In this document: positions 61,271-64,000 of the stretch, piece after piece
Layout of the letters: every line of letters starts with the position of its first letter
Position numbering within the stretch: the first letter of the stretch is position 1
Assembly: GCA_038087875.1 (NCBI GenBank)
Contig: CM075980.1
Location: forward strand, 30,380,001 to 30,444,000
Length of the DNA: 64,000 bases
Source: Malacoraja senta
Lineage: Eukaryota
Reading direction: 5' to 3'
Notes under the pieces: model-generated
The model's database searches: none
Told to the model about the DNA's origin: nothing
What the model saw: the letters and a program-made list of their open reading frames with translations, nothing else
Translations under genes and position numbers: made by a program

Positions 61271-63789
61271 AAAGAGGATCAAGGCTGATTCACTATCCCA
61301 ATGCTATTTTCCAGACCACTTGATGTCTGCTGGTGCTGCTATAGATAGACTTCTAATTTTAGACAGCCCCACAAGTGGAAATCTCTTGATGTCTATCTTA
61401 AGTCTCAATTTTCAAACCCACTATTACAGTGATGGAACAATGTTCAGAAATTTGTCAAGGAATATCAATCATAAGAGTAAGCTCATGAGATGTACATCAT
61501 GGTGCAGAGCTCCAGTCTTTGTCCTATTTCAGTCGGTGATAAGCACAGAGAATGCACACAAAGATTGTTACTTTTGTTTTACCATCGGCATCATGTGATT
61601 CGCACACAGGCTGGAAATCACGTGCAGGCCATTCACCACTTTTGATGGGAGAAGGAAATAGAGTTGCGACAGCAGTTTTCAGAAGCTTAAACATTTAGAT
61701 GAATACCCAAATAATTAACTGACAAAAATTGAGGAAACTGGGTCCAAAATACCCGCATTACCTCCATATATAGAAATAAATGCAAAATCTGTGTTTGAAA
61801 AGTCAAATATTGTAATTGTTTTGTCGACACAAAGTGCATTGCCTGCGATAATTACTTTGGTACTGAATTGCAAGCAACATTTTAAATTCCTGTTTGAAAA
61901 TTCAGCTTCAACAAATTGTGTGCACAAAAAAAAACATTCAAATTACCACCCAGACTGAAATAATTCAATTATTCTATTAAATAAATGTATTCTTTGGGGT
62001 AATATGCAATGAGAAACAATTAAAATCATCAAAAATATAAACTTAACCCAACCAATACAATTCTAAGTAATGAAATGAACTGACACATCCAAATTTCATT
62101 ACTATTTTATATCAATGTGTTATCCTGGGGCCATGCACTCACACAAGTTTATCCACTCATCACTACTGGCATGAGTTTATCAAATTGTTTACTGATGACA
62201 GAGGTGGCTGCAGTTGACCTGAAATTTAAAATTGAAACCTACTAGCAGGCAAAAAAGAACAAACACTATTTTAACCTCTCTAAGTCTTGCCACATTTTAG
62301 ACAGATATAATAATTAATAAGAGCTGCAATGGAATAAAGAGTACTTGCTAAATCAAAGTCCACAGAGATAAAAGTCAAGAAAAATAGGAGGAAGCAGCAA
62401 GTCTTGAACACTAAGATGGAGGCTGGCCAAAGCTAGAATTGATCCAAGTGACACTGAAAGAAATAGAGAAGGATAGCAGCTTAACTATTAATAATTGAAA
62501 AATGCAAATGCGAATGTGGACACAGAATGAAACACCAGCATAAACATGTGCGGGACACAGCAGAAATGAAGAGGCAGTATCAAAGTCCAAATGAAATTTA
62601 TCAACAAAGCAACCAGTCTTTTCCATAAATACAAATATCGTTCAACATTGTAAAAGCAAAGATTTCTAACAAACATGTTGTTTAAAGGGGGTGATTATTC
62701 ATGGTGGCTTTTGAGCAAAGAAATCTCAAAAGGTTACATTGTCACAGTATTGAAACTGTCATTGCCATTTCACATGCAAATTCACCAGTGTGTGTGTGCC
62801 CATACCATAACATGAACAACCTTTACTGCTTTTAACTCAATGCCAAAGCATATGGCACAAATCTAAACAGTGACAGCATTTGGAGAAATGGCAACGTTGC
62901 AGCAAAAGACCAGTATTAAACAGGGCACAATCTGTCAGTGAAAGCTGCGATCAGTTCCTGGAATCAGACCTAAATTGCTATTAAAGAAAACAAATTGCTG
63001 GAGGAATTCAGCAGATCAAGCAGCATTTCAAGATGGAAAGGAATGGTTCACATTTGGGGGAGAAACCTTGCATTATGACTGAGCGTAGAAGTAAGATAGC
63101 TGGTAATAAAAGATTAAGAGGAAGGGGTGCACAGGGGATGGTTGGAACCAGGTGAGATAGGAAAGATAGGTAGATAGAACCAGGTGGGGGAAGGGAGAGT
63201 CTGGAGACAGAGGCTGGAGGGTCATAGAGTCAGCGCTAGAGAGGCCCTTCAGCCAAAAACAAAATTGCCAATCAAGTTGCGTAAACAAACTGGACCCACT
63301 TGCCTTAACCTGGCCCACATCCCTCCAAATCAATTCTATCTATATACCTATCTTTTAAATGTCATAGCTAAAGAAGGGTCTCAACCCAAAACATCATCCA
63401 TTCCTTCTCTCCAGAGATGCTGCCTGTTCCGCTGAGTTAAAGGCTTGTCTCACGAGTCTGCGGTCATTGGCGGCGAAACAGGAACTATCTATCGCTCCTG
63501 GGCCGCCAGAGACCGCGGGCTCGGTCAAACGCACAATTCCGGGGCCGTGCGGCCAGATGAAGCCAGTCTGTAAGTGGTAAGGTGGAGAAAGAGACTGGAA
63601 GGTAATGTGGAACCAGCTAAGGGATGGATGATGGGCAAATGGACCGTTTTTAACTCCAGATTCCAGCATCTGCAGTCTCAACTTTCCAGATTACCATGAT
63701 CAGGAATACACAAATCAGGTAGTCCATCAGATTAAATGATCTAAAATTTCCCATCAATGCAGCTACATAATATTGGTGTATCATTTAAT

Positions 63790-63990
63790 CTGGAGAACAG
63801 GAATAGGTGACCAAAACTGCACAGAATACTCCAAGTACGTCCTCGCCAACATCTTGTACAGCTGTAACATAATGTCCCTTTTAGGATCAACTCCCTGACT
63901 GAACGCCAGCATGCCTAGAGCCTTCTTCACCACACTATCTACCTGCGATGGCATTTTCAGGGAACTATATACAGACACCTTGCATTTTAC
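63790..63990 (-). mobile_element. CR1-type LINE fragment
   Basis: ORF 63781..63978(-) contains LQLYKMLARTYLEYSVQFWSP. Confidence 0.8.
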
Positions 63991-64000
63991 ACATGTTTGA

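Noticed and set aside
1-64000. Prokaryotic-type systems (CRISPR array, operons, defence islands)
   Set aside because: The sequence is a spliced vertebrate gene with vertebrate TEs. The recurring ~28-bp motif is dispersed within retroelement ends and is not a repeat-spacer array.
51845-64000. MED13L exon 3, and the strong donor CAG|GTAAGT near 57800-57805
   Set aside because: No [25 protein letters not shown]-like coding sequence was found. The sequence before that donor has no MED13L similarity and contains TAA-TGA.

Overview
Eukaryotic, intron-rich vertebrate DNA. It is most likely from a cartilaginous fish such as a skate or ray, inferred from the HE1-like V-SINE, CR1 and Penelope repeat content. 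The whole window lies inside one minus-strand gene, MED13L (Mediator kinase-module subunit 13-like). Seven coding exons, equivalent to human exons 4-10, splice at GT-AG sites into one continuous 1602-nt frame; exons 3 and 11 were not found in the window. The introns hold Neptune-type Penelope-like elements (PLEs), V-SINEs, CR1 and Rex1/Babar LINE fragments, a decayed Tc1 transposon, Tc1 and Tc2 MITEs, a hAT-like element with a 5-bp TSD and a decayed Mag-like Gypsy element. The most notable signals are: (1) short non-autonomous fold-back retroelements built from two inverted PLE ends, with 14-15 bp TSDs and minimal hammerhead-ribozyme cores (CTGAAGA-stem-GAAACGTC), including a tandem core on the MED13L sense strand; (2) three kb-range templated insertions; (3) a spacer-less ~500-bp palindrome that is probably a long-read fold-back artefact; (4) a 34-bp pre-miRNA-like hairpin carried by a Tc2 MITE; (5) candidate cryptic or alternative splice signals in MED13L. 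Repeat boundaries were read by eye and are approximate unless a TSD or TIR is cited.
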